From the IMG/VR virus record IMGVR_UViG_3300050021_000713, positions 1,500-65,499 of that record: 64,000 nucleotides of DNA. One strand, given 5' to 3'. A program made the position numbers and the translations under genes. Within the stretch, counting starts at the first letter, position 1; every line of letters begins with the position of its first letter. The stretch comes from a virus. Lineage: Duplodnaviria; Caudoviricetes. Positions 47,541-58,010 of this stretch are shown here, piece by piece. The notes beneath the pieces were generated by a model. It was not told the origin of the DNA, searched no databases, and saw only the letters and a program-made list of their open reading frames with translations.

Positions 47541-49112
47541 ATGAAGAAGTCACACGAATGGTTGGAAGGGATCCTGAACGATCCGAAGTTCCGCGAACGC
47601 GTACAAGCTGTCGTAACATCGGCTGACACGTACTTGGCTTCTCAACTCGCGCGGAATCTGATGCAGCTGCGCAACGAACAGCGCACGAACGCGTACAAGC
47701 AGATCTTCGCCGCACGTACCAAGGTGTCCGAGGACCTGTTGGCGCTTCAAAACTCACTGAGCGCGTTGATCCACTACTCCGCCGTGGCCGGCGAGGACGC
47801 GAACGTTTTCATCAACCTGCAGCGTAGCGTGGTCACGGTGACGCAGAAGCTCTCCGTGTTCGGTGAAGAGGATGTGGACGGCGACGGCATGCGCGACTCC
47901 CAAGCCCAGGCCCCGGGCACACCCGCGGACCCGGCCGCAGCCGGCAACCCGGAACGGAACCTCCCGTCCCTGGACATGGACGTGGATCGGGCGCCAATCG
48001 CTCCGGACAATCAGCCCGAGCCAAAAACCGTGCTTCCAGCCGACCAGGTCCAGCAGGATCCCGACGATGTGACCGACGAGAACGCGACCACACCGTCTGC
48101 AGACGGCCAGGAAGTCGCGGCACCAAACGAAGCAGCACCGGCTGACGAAGCTGGTAACGCCGAGGAGGACGCGCCGCGTGACGCTGTGGCCCCAGCTGCT
48201 CCTGCAGCTCCTGCACCTGGTGCCCAGCCGGAACAGGAAGGCTTCGACACCGGCGACGATGAAGGCGAAGCTCCGGCCGAAGAAGGCGCTGCTCCTGCTG
48301 ACGGCGAGAACCCGGCTCCGGAAGAAGAGGAAGACGAGGATTCGGACACCAAGGCGCCGGAGGAACAGGAAGTCGTCGACGACAAGGACAAGCTCCACCA
48401 GGAGTTCGGCCGCCTGGCCCAGAAGGGTAAGAAAGGCAAGAAGGGTCTGTTCGAGTCCCTGACCGACCCAGCGCTCGACGCCAAGCCTGGCGAGGCCGCG
48501 GCGTCCGTCGCCGAAGCCAAGCAGACGGTGAAGGAGAAGAATTTCCGGTTCGTGTACCGCGGAATCCGCGGTGGTTGCGTGAGTGCGATGATCACGAACA
48601 AGGTGTACTACTTCCAGCCCACACCGAAGCTGTACGGCGGCGATGTGAACAAGCTCGACGTCGCCTTGCGCAAGCACTTGGAAACACATCCTGGTTACGC
48701 GAACGCGCTGACGATCTTGAACCAGCTTCGTACATCCGGGAAGCTGCGGATCATCCGTCGGGTCCAGTTGTCGAAGCAGCAGCTTCGCAAGATCCTGCAC
48801 GCGCCGGAGCAGAACGCACACGCGCAGCTGGGCTCGATCAAGTTCGACGAAGGCACGGCCTGGCGCTACCGCGGCGTGGGGTTGCAGAAGATCTCCAACC
48901 AAGAAGCCGCGATCTGGTTCGAAGTCGGTGACACAGAATACGCCGTGCTCCCGAACAAGAAGGTGTACGGGGACAAGGACATCGAGGACGTGAATGGCGG
49001 GATCCAGCAGAAGCTGAAGACGCTCAGCTACACCGACGGGTTGAAGTACCTGGTGCGCCTGGTGCACACCAAGCACCTGACGCCAATCTACCAAGGCAAG
49101 ATCGTCGCTTGA
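47541..49112 (+). CDS. hypothetical protein with long acidic disordered linker
   Basis: 523 aa; E/D/A/P-rich centre; two similar C-terminal subdomains; immediately upstream of terminase. Confidence 0.65.
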   Translation: MKKSHEWLEGILNDPKFRERVQAVVTSADTYLASQLARNLMQLRNEQRTNAYKQIFAARTKVSEDLLALQNSLSALIHYSAVAGEDANVFINLQRSVVTVTQKLSVFGEEDVDGDGMRDSQAQAPGTPADPAAAGNPERNLPSLDMDVDRAPIAPDNQPEPKTVLPADQVQQDPDDVTDENATTPSADGQEVAAPNEAAPADEAGNAEEDAPRDAVAPAAPAAPAPGAQPEQEGFDTGDDEGEAPAEEGAAPADGENPAPEEEEDEDSDTKAPEEQEVVDDKDKLHQEFGRLAQKGKKGKKGLFESLTDPALDAKPGEAAASVAEAKQTVKEKNFRFVYRGIRGGCVSAMITNKVYYFQPTPKLYGGDVNKLDVALRKHLETHPGYANALTILNQLRTSGKLRIIRRVQLSKQQLRKILHAPEQNAHAQLGSIKFDEGTAWRYRGVGLQKISNQEAAIWFEVGDTEYAVLPNKKVYGDKDIEDVNGGIQQKLKTLSYTDGLKYLVRLVHTKHLTPIYQGKIVA

Positions 49113-51172
49113 TTCGGAAGAAGCACACCGACGCCGATCTTCTCGGCGTCATCGATCCCTATCGTATCCACGATGAAGAGGACGAGTACAACCCGGAGAA
49201 CCTGCTGGATCAAGTCGAAGTTGCGTTGCGTAACAACTTCGACACCCGGCTCTCAGGCATGTTGGACGAACGGCAGATCCAGCGGTACGCGAATTTCTAC
49301 GAGTTCGCGCGTCGTGGTTTGAACATCGCGCCGTTTCCGAGGCAGCTGCAGGTGATCATGCAGTCCTACGGCGAGATCTGCATGTTCTGCTCCGACCACG
49401 ACACAGCGTTGAACATGTTCGACCAGGACATGGACGTGATCTTCGACAAGGTCAAGTTCATGCGCTACGGCGTGTGCCCGGAATGCAAGCGCACGCGGCT
49501 GGACATGATCCGGAACCGGCTCTGGGAGTACCCGAACCGGATCGCACTGCTCGTCGGCCAGCGCGGTGGCAAGAACATGACATTGGGCATGGCCAGCCTG
49601 TACCAGGACCATCTGTACCTGACGCTGCAGAACCGGGACGGGAAGCGCGTGAGCCCATACGAGTACTTCGGGTTGCTGCCGACGTTCGTGCGCCAGGCCT
49701 TCACCGGTGTGACCGCCCAGCAGGCCTTGGATAACATTTGGGCGCAGATCGTCTCCCTGCGCAACGAGAGTTCCTGGTACAAACAATACCACGAGTTCCT
49801 GGACTACAACGGCAAGCGCATGGGCCAGGAGTTGTACAAGGTCTCAGACACGTTCATCGCCTACAATCACAAGCGCATGGGCTCGACGATCAAGACCCCG
49901 GACAAGCGCAAACTCCGTGGTGCGACGCGGTACTTCACCGCGATCGATGAAATCTGTTGGTTCAACAACACTCTGTCCGAGTCCGCGGAAAAGAAGGTCG
50001 GCGACGTCCGCGAGGTCTGGGTGTCGTTGAACAACTCCCTTCGTACGATCCGCAACGAAGCGGATCGGATGATGCGCGCCGGCATCTACGACTGTCCGAA
50101 CGCGTACTCGATGGACATCTCCAGCCCGTTCGACGTCAACGACATCCTGTCCCAGATCCTGCGCGAAGCCAAGACGAACAAGCGCATTCAGGTTGGGCAC
50201 TACGCCACCTGGGAATTCAACCCGCGTTACACCCAGGAGTCGCTCGCGGAAGAGTTCGTCAAGGATCCGGAGATCGCCTGGCGTGACTTCGGCGCCATTC
50301 CGCCGCTGTCGAACCAGCCGTGGATCTCGGAGCCGAAGGCGGTCATCGACATCGTACGCAAGACCCGGGATCCAATCCAGGTCACGTACAAGATCAAAAC
50401 CAGTGTCAACAGCTTCGGCGACCGCACGATGTGGTTCGAACTTGGTATCTGCAACCTCGCTGGTGCTGGCCGTGTGATCGCCTTGGACAACGGACTGAGC
50501 AACAACGCGTTCGCCTGCAGCATCGGCAGCATCGAAGCCGGTGGGAAGACGCGCATAGACACCACGTTCATGCTCAAGCCATCGCCGACGTGCAAGATCA
50601 ACCTGGACAAGATGTGGACCGACTTCGTGTTCCCGTTGGTCAAGGCGTCGAAGGCGGTCATCGTCGTGTACGACCACTGGGCGTCGATCCAGCACGTGCA
50701 GCAGCTGCGTGACATCGGTGTCGACGCCCGGCAGCATACGTTAACACCTCTCAACTTCAACGCCATGCGCGCATCGATCTTCTCCGGCACGGTTTCGTAC
50801 CCGTTCACGGAGTTCTCGTTGGCTCCGATCCTGGACCGGTCCGCGGATGTGGACCTGATCGCGACCGCGCAGGACAAGCCAAACTTTTCGTTGGCGCTGC
50901 AGACACTCACCGTGCGCGAAGTCGGAGGCGGCAAGGTGGTCAAGCCGAAGTACGGAGACGACGACGTCTTCCGTACCGCGGCGTTGGTGCACGCCATGGT
51001 AGCGGATCCGGACGTGGCCAAGAAACTCATCCTCGGCGGCCTGGCCAACGGGTTGCAGCAGGCGCGACGTACCATGGGTTTCGTCAACGGGTTGAGTTCT
51101 GGTGCAACTCCTAGTGGAGGAAACGGAAGGATCGCACACATGCGGTCGATGTCCGGGTCCTCCAGACGCTAA
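49109..51172 (+). CDS. terminase large subunit
   Basis: Walker A LVGQRGGKN, Walker B AIDEI, ISSP coupling motif, RNase H-like ALDNG, YDHW and DDVF. Confidence 0.85.
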   Translation: MIRKKHTDADLLGVIDPYRIHDEEDEYNPENLLDQVEVALRNNFDTRLSGMLDERQIQRYANFYEFARRGLNIAPFPRQLQVIMQSYGEICMFCSDHDTALNMFDQDMDVIFDKVKFMRYGVCPECKRTRLDMIRNRLWEYPNRIALLVGQRGGKNMTLGMASLYQDHLYLTLQNRDGKRVSPYEYFGLLPTFVRQAFTGVTAQQALDNIWAQIVSLRNESSWYKQYHEFLDYNGKRMGQELYKVSDTFIAYNHKRMGSTIKTPDKRKLRGATRYFTAIDEICWFNNTLSESAEKKVGDVREVWVSLNNSLRTIRNEADRMMRAGIYDCPNAYSMDISSPFDVNDILSQILREAKTNKRIQVGHYATWEFNPRYTQESLAEEFVKDPEIAWRDFGAIPPLSNQPWISEPKAVIDIVRKTRDPIQVTYKIKTSVNSFGDRTMWFELGICNLAGAGRVIALDNGLSNNAFACSIGSIEAGGKTRIDTTFMLKPSPTCKINLDKMWTDFVFPLVKASKAVIVVYDHWASIQHVQQLRDIGVDARQHTLTPLNFNAMRASIFSGTVSYPFTEFSLAPILDRSADVDLIATAQDKPNFSLALQTLTVREVGGGKVVKPKYGDDDVFRTAALVHAMVADPDVAKKLILGGLANGLQQARRTMGFVNGLSSGATPSGGNGRIAHMRSMSGSSRR

Positions 51173-51186
51173 CACGGGAGAAGCTG

Positions 51187-51588
51187 GTGAACATCAAGAC
51201 CTACATTGAGCAAGTAGCCCGCGAGAGTCTCGGCGTCACCGCCAGTACCGTTTCCAGCGATCGCTCCGCAATGAGCGCTATCGCCATCGCCCGCACCGTC
51301 GCCGCGGACTTCACCCGGGCCGGAATCCCGGTGACCGCGGACCTGACGGACTCGTACAAGAAGCAGATCGACATGCTGGTGCAGCGCATGCATGCAAAGC
51401 GTACACCACTCGACGAACGTGTTGTTGTTCCGTACACGGCGAAGCTCGGCGAACACAACCCTGCCTTGGCGGCGCTGAAGGATCCGCTCACCAAGGAACC
51501 TCTGGTCGACGTCGTCCTGGCCAAAGGCCGGCACGCCCTCTTCAATCCCGCCAATCGAGTCGTACATCCGATTCCCGTGACAGCCTGA
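51187..51588 (+). CDS. hypothetical protein
   Basis: GGGAG RBS; three VTA motifs. Confidence 0.6.
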   Translation: MNIKTYIEQVARESLGVTASTVSSDRSAMSAIAIARTVAADFTRAGIPVTADLTDSYKKQIDMLVQRMHAKRTPLDERVVVPYTAKLGEHNPALAALKDPLTKEPLVDVVLAKGRHALFNPANRVVHPIPVTA

Positions 51589-51616
51589 TCCTTCAACTCC
51601 TAGGAGAGGGTCAGGC

Positions 51617-52384
51617 ATGCACGTTTTCGAACTTGTCCAACTTGCCTACGCGGCGGAGCAGGTCCACGTAACCGTAAGGTACGCGAACGATTTGGTACAG
51701 CTGCACGCGCTCGCTGAGGCGAAGTACGAGTTCCTGGACCTCGTGTCCATGGTTTCAACCGGCTTCGACCTCAGCAAGCCCGAGGCAGAGCTGGTTCGAA
51801 TCATCAAGAGCACGGTCCTGAACAAGGTCACAACCGATGGGAATGTGATCTTCGCTGGCCGGCGTGCCGCGAAAGGCCCTGGAAGCTCGTCGGTGCCGTT
51901 CACGGACTTCTTGAACGCTTGCAGTTTCGTCGAACCGTTCCGCTTCAGTGTCAACGACACCGAGAAACCGGCCTACCGCACCTCCAACTACCAGTTCGTC
52001 ATGATCTACGACACGCCGACTACTGTAGGCAGTATCGGCAAGGTCACGTTCGTCGAATTCAACACCCGACGCAAGATCTCGGGGTTGTCACTGCGGAAGC
52101 TGCGCGCGAACCTGGCGGAGTACGCGGAGAACGTTCCGAACGAACGCGGTGTCACCGGGTCGCAGAAGCGTACCGGTAACGCACCGTCGGCGGCAAAGGT
52201 CGCGCAAACCAAGGAAACGAGCGTCAACATTCCAAATCACATTCACAAACCTGTTGACCTCTCCGGCGCGCAAGGCAAGCGCTTCACCAGTTTTGAGGAT
52301 CTCGGCTCATGCCTGCTCTCAGCGTTGCTCGTGCTTGCGCCGGCTGTGCTGTTCACGGTTCAACGACTTCAGTTTCGTTGTTGA
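51617..52384 (+). CDS. hypothetical protein; C-terminus altered by IS insertion
   Basis: GGAG RBS; the last codons read into the IS right end. Confidence 0.65.
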   Translation: MHVFELVQLAYAAEQVHVTVRYANDLVQLHALAEAKYEFLDLVSMVSTGFDLSKPEAELVRIIKSTVLNKVTTDGNVIFAGRRAAKGPGSSSVPFTDFLNACSFVEPFRFSVNDTEKPAYRTSNYQFVMIYDTPTTVGSIGKVTFVEFNTRRKISGLSLRKLRANLAEYAENVPNERGVTGSQKRTGNAPSAAKVAQTKETSVNIPNHIHKPVDLSGAQGKRFTSFEDLGSCLLSALLVLAPAVLFTVQRLQFRC

Positions 52385-53631
52385 TCGCTCAACAACCAGC
52401 GCCGATGTCTCCCCGTGCGTAGACACCAGTAATGGTGTCGGTTCAGGACAAGCCGTCCCTACCTTGTGAATGACTGCTGCGGCCGCTTGATCGCGGTCCC
52501 ACTTCTTTCCGCAACTTGGACAGGCCCAGCTGCGTACATATAGTGGTAGCCGCTCTGGTGTCTTGTACCCGCAGTCCGGACATACTCCGGTGCTGCGCTG
52601 GAAGCGCGGGATCGCAACCACACTTCCACCACAAACTCTTGCTTTGTACGTGATATGGTGCCTGATTGCACCGAAACCAGAATCGAGAAGTGCGCCCGCG
52701 ATATTATGGTTACGCGCTAGTCCCGCACGGTTCATGTCCTCAATACAGACAGCACGAAACTCGTTCGTGATCCTGGTTGTCATCTTGTGCAAGGCATCAG
52801 ATCTGACGTTGGCTACACGAGCATGGACACGCGCGAGCTGCCTCTGCCTCTTGACAGCGCGATTGGACTTCTTCGCTCCCGTGCGTTTCCGCGCCTGTTC
52901 CTGGCGGCTGCAGCCGCGCTGTAACCGCTTCAGCTTCACTGTCGCCGCGCGTAGTGGTCTCGGGTTCGGAAACACCTGGGTACCATCCTGAAGTGGATGT
53001 GAGAGCACAGCCAAGTGCTTGATCCCGAGATCAATGCCTACAGACTCTTGCTGGTGCCGCACAGGAGTAATGTCCGACATTTCAACAGCGACACTCAGGT
53101 ACCATCGATCCGCGGTTCTGGAAACGTTACCGCTGAGTATCTTGCCTTGGAACCGAAGCTGCTCCCGCATACGCACAAAGCCGACGTGCGGTATCCGTAC
53201 CCGCTTCTGCTCCAGCATGAACTGATCGTTCCATAGCGCGAAGCTGTCCCGGGATTTGTTCTTGCGCTTGAACTGTGGGTACCGGACCTTCCCGGTCCGC
53301 AAGCCGCGGAAGAAGTTCTGGAACGCAGTTCCAAGATCCAGCACAGCCTGGGCACCGGCGCACTTCGTAACCTCGTACGACCACGGGAACTCCTGGCGCC
53401 GAACCTGGTTCCATTGCGCTTTAAGTTTAGAGGCACTCGGCTTCTCTCCTGCGGCATGTTGCCGCTTCCACTCCGCAAGTGCCCAGTTGTATGCAAAGCG
53501 TGAGACACCGCACGCGCGATGGAAGTACGCGGCCTGTGCCAGCGTCGGATTCAAGGCTATGCGGTGGGAGAGGATCATGGATCTACTAAATCTAATCAAA
53601 TCATAACGTGAGAACAATATCAAAACATACC
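52312..53631 (-). mobile_element. non-autonomous IS607-like element (solo tnpB)
   Basis: Bounded by GG on the minus strand at both ends; AT-rich repeats at the left end; removal restores ...GSCRA* of the upstream gene; no tnpA. Confidence 0.65.
52319..53578 (-). CDS. tnpB: TnpB RNA-guided endonuclease
   Basis: MILSHRIALNPT...RFAYNWAL HTH, RuvC GIDLG / IEDM / DRD, Zn finger CPDCG...CPSCG. Confidence 0.93.
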   Translation of the reverse strand: MILSHRIALNPTLAQAAYFHRACGVSRFAYNWALAEWKRQHAAGEKPSASKLKAQWNQVRRQEFPWSYEVTKCAGAQAVLDLGTAFQNFFRGLRTGKVRYPQFKRKNKSRDSFALWNDQFMLEQKRVRIPHVGFVRMREQLRFQGKILSGNVSRTADRWYLSVAVEMSDITPVRHQQESVGIDLGIKHLAVLSHPLQDGTQVFPNPRPLRAATVKLKRLQRGCSRQEQARKRTGAKKSNRAVKRQRQLARVHARVANVRSDALHKMTTRITNEFRAVCIEDMNRAGLARNHNIAGALLDSGFGAIRHHITYKARVCGGSVVAIPRFQRSTGVCPDCGYKTPERLPLYVRSWACPSCGKKWDRDQAAAAVIHKVGTACPEPTPLLVSTHGETSALVVERSTTKLKSLNREQHSRRKHEQR

Positions 53632-53642
53632 GGGCGTGACTT

Positions 53643-55826
53643 GTGCCTCCTCTGATGCGCGTAGGGAAGACGCCGGCCGGTTCGTACCTGAACCCGTTGG
53701 CGACGCCGCACCAACAGCGTACGATCGCGAGCGTGACCGGCAACGACGGTGCGACGCTGCAGCCTCGGAACTCGTACCGGCGTGTGCAAGGCTCGAGCTC
53801 GACCACGGACCGGTACAATCCGGTTCACGAGAACCTGGCCGACAACTCCCTCATCGACGACATCACCCCGAAGTCGGACACGCAGATCGCCAAGCTCTTC
53901 GACAAGATCTACCGCGACGATCCCGTGTCCGGTTCCGCTGTGGACTTCATCAGCAACTTCTCCTGGTCCGAGTGCACGCTCACCGGCATGCGGGATCCGG
54001 GGAAGATGAAACTGTTCCAATCCGCGCTGGAGATGTTCCAACCGGTTACGCGCATGCCGCTGGTTGAGTCCGAGGCCTTGCGCCAGGGCCGGGCGATCGC
54101 AACCATGTTGTTCGACGAAGAGAAGCTGACCTGGTCGAATTTCCTGCCTTGGCCTGCAACATCGTGCGAGATCATTCCAAGCCCGATCACGGGCATGCTT
54201 CCGCTGATCGATGTCCATACCGACATGGACACGATGAACTACCTGAAGTCCAAGGACCCACGTGCGCTCCCGGGCCAGAAGGTGTACCCGGACAAGCTGC
54301 GCAAGGCCTTGTTGAGCGGCAAGGCCCAGCTGGATCCGTTGACGACGATGTTCATTCCCAGGCGCGTCTCCATGACGGACTGGAAAGGCACGTCGCTGTA
54401 CTGGCGCATTCTGCCATACTACGCGATCGAGAAAGCGTTACTGCAGTCCACGATCGCGAACGCCAGGCGTCGTACCCGTTCGATCCTGCACATCCAAGCC
54501 GGCATCGATGACCGTTGGGAACCTTCGGACGCCGAACTCTCGGATCTCACTGCGATGTTCGTGGCCACGGAAGAAGATCCCGCCGGCGCCGTGATCGCAA
54601 CCAGGAACGGCATCAACACCAACGAGATCCGCCAAGGTTCCGATCACTGGAAGATCTCGGAGGAGCAGGACAGCCTGCGCCAGGCCAAGCTGGCCGCCCT
54701 GGGTGTGTCCGACGCCATGATCTCCGGTGACGCGAACTTCAACACCGTCGACGCCACGATGACGATCTTCGTGGAATCGAAGAAGGTGTCTCGCGCCCAC
54801 TATACCAGGGAAGTGATCTACAACACCCTGTTCGCGCAGATCGCGCGCGTGAACGGCTTCGTCAAGACCGCTACATCGTCCGCTGACGCTGCACACGGTG
54901 TTCGTACAGGCGGCCGTCGCTTGGTTATGGCGACACCCAGCGTCGACGAGGCAATGAAGATCCCGCTGGATGAGCTGGACATGCCGCGCGTGCACTGGAC
55001 CAAGAATCTGAGCCCGCAGTCCGACGCCGCGTACCTCGACGTTTTGGACCGCGCAACAGCCAAGGGCATTCCGGTGACGATGGCGATGTGGGCTTCGGCC
55101 TCCGGCATCGATTTGAACCAGCTCCAGGAGTCGCTACCCGACGACAAGCGATTGCGCGCCAAGCTGGCCAAGTACGCACCGGCACCAGCGGCCGACGCCG
55201 GTGGTGGTTGGGGTGGAGGCGGTGGTGGAGGCGGTGGAGGCGGTGCATTCGGTACCGCGGAACAGAACCGGCGCTTCGTGTTCGAGGCCGACTACTTGGG
55301 CCTGACCGCACTCGCCAGTGCTGTCGGTGTCGACGGTGACGGGAAGCTGCTTGGCTTGGGTGTGGAGGAGATCGTGGACTTCGCTGACGAAGTAACACGT
55401 GACAATCGAGCCATGGCCATGCTCGAGGATTGGCCGGCACTGCACCACGCCATGCACGACCGCTTGGGTGAAGACAACAAGGTGGAGGCGATGAAGTTCG
55501 TCCTCAACCGTGCCGGCTACACCAAGATCCCGGTCACGGAAGTGATGCTCACCCGTGTCGCGGAGACCGTGGCAGCCACCGCACAGCGTGACGAGACCAG
55601 CGCCGCGCGTCTGGCCTTCCTTCGGGACGAACTGCTCATGATCGCGGAGATGTATGAACGCTCGCAAGTTGCGGCGCAATACAACACCGGAAGCTCGTAC
55701 GCCAGCGCGAAACGTCGCGAACGTACCGCCGTCGCAGAAGTGAGTGCCCGGCGTACGCTCGCAGCATTCACAGGCCTGAACGACAAGCTTCCAGCACGAC
55801 AGCTTTATTCGGGGTATACAGGATGA
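53643..55826 (+). CDS. portal protein (with C-terminal extension)
   Basis: IYRDDPVSGSAVD, GTSLYWRIL, ALGVSDAMISGDANF; near terminase; poly-Gly linker before the extra domain. Confidence 0.75.
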   Translation: MPPLMRVGKTPAGSYLNPLATPHQQRTIASVTGNDGATLQPRNSYRRVQGSSSTTDRYNPVHENLADNSLIDDITPKSDTQIAKLFDKIYRDDPVSGSAVDFISNFSWSECTLTGMRDPGKMKLFQSALEMFQPVTRMPLVESEALRQGRAIATMLFDEEKLTWSNFLPWPATSCEIIPSPITGMLPLIDVHTDMDTMNYLKSKDPRALPGQKVYPDKLRKALLSGKAQLDPLTTMFIPRRVSMTDWKGTSLYWRILPYYAIEKALLQSTIANARRRTRSILHIQAGIDDRWEPSDAELSDLTAMFVATEEDPAGAVIATRNGINTNEIRQGSDHWKISEEQDSLRQAKLAALGVSDAMISGDANFNTVDATMTIFVESKKVSRAHYTREVIYNTLFAQIARVNGFVKTATSSADAAHGVRTGGRRLVMATPSVDEAMKIPLDELDMPRVHWTKNLSPQSDAAYLDVLDRATAKGIPVTMAMWASASGIDLNQLQESLPDDKRLRAKLAKYAPAPAADAGGGWGGGGGGGGGGGAFGTAEQNRRFVFEADYLGLTALASAVGVDGDGKLLGLGVEEIVDFADEVTRDNRAMAMLEDWPALHHAMHDRLGEDNKVEAMKFVLNRAGYTKIPVTEVMLTRVAETVAATAQRDETSAARLAFLRDELLMIAEMYERSQVAAQYNTGSSYASAKRRERTAVAEVSARRTLAAFTGLNDKLPARQLYSGYTG

Positions 55827-56347
55827 GCAGAGCGCCAGTGGAATCCGGCATCACCCCCAGCAACGTAACCGTTGGGGAGCTGAAGGCTTGGTTCTCGACA
55901 GAAATCTCGCGGATCAAAAGCGACATCGACACCCTCTACGATCGGATGAATTTTCAAGGTCAACAGGGTGCGCTGTCGTCGGCGAAGGTCCATGAGTTGG
56001 ATCCTCTGGTCCAGGCACTCCGAGATCGCGTGCTGACACTGGAGGCGCAGATGCGTGCCGTTGATGCCGCCGGCGACGACGGCATTGTGACTGCGTTGGA
56101 ATTCTCGGAGTACAAGCGCGAGCTCGACAACAAGTTCCGCGACCATTCCGACGCACTGGTCCAGCGCGTGCTGGAAAACAGTATCACCCCGTTGACGAAG
56201 AAGCTGGAAGAGGATCGCGCGAAACTGCAGGTTCTGCAGGAGAAGGTGAACGGGATCATCATCAAGCTCGCGATCGCTACCAGCGTCATCAGCTTCATCG
56301 CCGGCAAGATTATCGAGAGTGTTGCGAAGGTTTACTTCGGACACTGA
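55823..56347 (+). CDS. coiled-coil protein with C-terminal TM segment
   Basis: Heptad-rich body ending GIIIKLAIATSVISFIAG. Confidence 0.6.
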   Translation: MSRAPVESGITPSNVTVGELKAWFSTEISRIKSDIDTLYDRMNFQGQQGALSSAKVHELDPLVQALRDRVLTLEAQMRAVDAAGDDGIVTALEFSEYKRELDNKFRDHSDALVQRVLENSITPLTKKLEEDRAKLQVLQEKVNGIIIKLAIATSVISFIAGKIIESVAKVYFGH

Positions 56348-56350
56348 GCT

Positions 56351-57052
56351 GTGGAAGGTAACACGACCATGCAAGCACAACAAACGATACAGAGAGCAGT
56401 TGACGAGGCCGAGGTCTCGGTTGACGTCAAATCGCTGTTGCGTGACGACGTCGCCAGGTTCGTCGTCTACTGCCTCGGTGTCGAGCGCTTGAACGTGCAC
56501 AGCATGCGCAGTGCCTACATCCACAACTTCTCGGATTCCGCACCGCTGCTGCGCAAGGCCGTGGAAGCGGATTACACGATGAAGATCATCGGGTTCTACG
56601 GCAGCAACTACTTCCGGCTGTTCAACGAGCTCTCGGTCCGACCACACGTGCTCGTTCTCGGGGATCGGTTCCGGGCACCGTACGCGCCGGAGTTCAAGGA
56701 GTGGCTGCGTCGGAACAAACCCGCGGTGCTGCGGCTGCAGAAGCACCGGATCCCGGTGACGGCGTTGCCGAACTCCGACTACTACCTCGGCACGTACTCG
56801 GTGATGGCCACCGCCAGCGTTGTCGACCACAACGTGGTCAGCAGCGAGTTGGACTACGGCGCCTTGATCCACTTGAACTACTGCCGGTACATAACACTCG
56901 ACGACAGCGCTGTGATCGGGACCAAGCAAGAGAACAAGGAGCTGGCGTCGTTGCTCGCGTACGGCATGGACTGCGACAGCACGTTCACGACCGCGTTGTC
57001 GAACCACACGTTCTCACCACCGGTTCCCGAGGATGAGGATGGCGTCGCTTAG
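56351..57052 (+). CDS. hypothetical protein
   Basis: ORF in the same strand run. Confidence 0.6.
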   Translation: MEGNTTMQAQQTIQRAVDEAEVSVDVKSLLRDDVARFVVYCLGVERLNVHSMRSAYIHNFSDSAPLLRKAVEADYTMKIIGFYGSNYFRLFNELSVRPHVLVLGDRFRAPYAPEFKEWLRRNKPAVLRLQKHRIPVTALPNSDYYLGTYSVMATASVVDHNVVSSELDYGALIHLNYCRYITLDDSAVIGTKQENKELASLLAYGMDCDSTFTTALSNHTFSPPVPEDEDGVA

Positions 57053-58010
57053 GCCATACCGTCCCGTCGTCGGCGGCGTCACCCGCAACGAACCGGACTA
57101 CGTCACCAGGACCAATACCGACCACCTGGTCGGTCGCGTGCGTGAAGTCGCGCAGGAGCTGGCGCTGCGCGCGGCGCAGAAGACGGACAACGCGTTGTCC
57201 ATCGACACCCGCTGGTTCTACTACTACCGCCGGCGCAACGTCGGCCGCCGGTGCTCGTGCGTGTCCGGAGAACAGGAGAAGGCCTCGGCGACCTGTGGGA
57301 TCTGCTACGGCACCGGTGTCGTCGTCGGTTACGACAAGTACGGGACCTGGACCGAGATCTTGGATTGCACGTACCCGGGTCTGGATCTGATCAACGTCGT
57401 CCAGCGCCCTGAGCCCAGGCCTTCGCGCTTGGTTCTGGATCCGGCCGCGACCAATGGTGTCGTGCAGGCCCGGATCCGACTGCGGCCGAACGCAGGCTAC
57501 GTCGACAATCTCCATGTCGCTGCCTCCGGTGCGGTCACGATCACGATGCGGGCGGCGAATACCACGCTGTGGATCCCAGTGACCTCGGACAATCTCGTGA
57601 CGCTGCTGTCGGCACCGTACATCGATGTCCGGGTTCAGATGCACCGGTCCAGCATCCGGGAGCCGAGCCCGACGTTTTTGAAGCTGTTCATCCGCTACGG
57701 GTTGCTGCCGGCTTCCGAGATCCAGCTCCCGGGCGACATCCCGCCGAACACGGAATCGATCTCGCTGCAGGAGTACGGATTCGACGAACAATTCGGCACC
57801 TTGAACTGCGTCATGGGCAGCGCCGGCCACGGCCGCACCAGCAAGATCACGACGTTCTCCAACGAAGACTTCCTGTTCAATCTCGAGCGCGGGCGTTACT
57901 GGAAGATCACGGAGGTGAAGCCGAATTACGCCTTGGGCGTGTACATGAGCTTCGACCTCACCGCGCGGTGGGTGCAGAGCTACGAAGTCTACAGAAGGTT
58001 CCCAACATGA
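57033..58010 (+). CDS. putative neck/head-closure protein
   Basis: RRCSC...CGICYGTG Zn motif typical of large-myovirus neck proteins; after the portal. Confidence 0.5.
   Translation: MRMASLRPYRPVVGGVTRNEPDYVTRTNTDHLVGRVREVAQELALRAAQKTDNALSIDTRWFYYYRRRNVGRRCSCVSGEQEKASATCGICYGTGVVVGYDKYGTWTEILDCTYPGLDLINVVQRPEPRPSRLVLDPAATNGVVQARIRLRPNAGYVDNLHVAASGAVTITMRAANTTLWIPVTSDNLVTLLSAPYIDVRVQMHRSSIREPSPTFLKLFIRYGLLPASEIQLPGDIPPNTESISLQEYGFDEQFGTLNCVMGSAGHGRTSKITTFSNEDFLFNLERGRYWKITEVKPNYALGVYMSFDLTARWVQSYEVYRRFPT

Noticed and set aside
53579-53818. N-terminal extension of TnpB in the ORF track (499 aa)
   Set aside because: It crosses the inferred IS end and overlaps the portal gene; the family N-terminus starts at ATG 53578.
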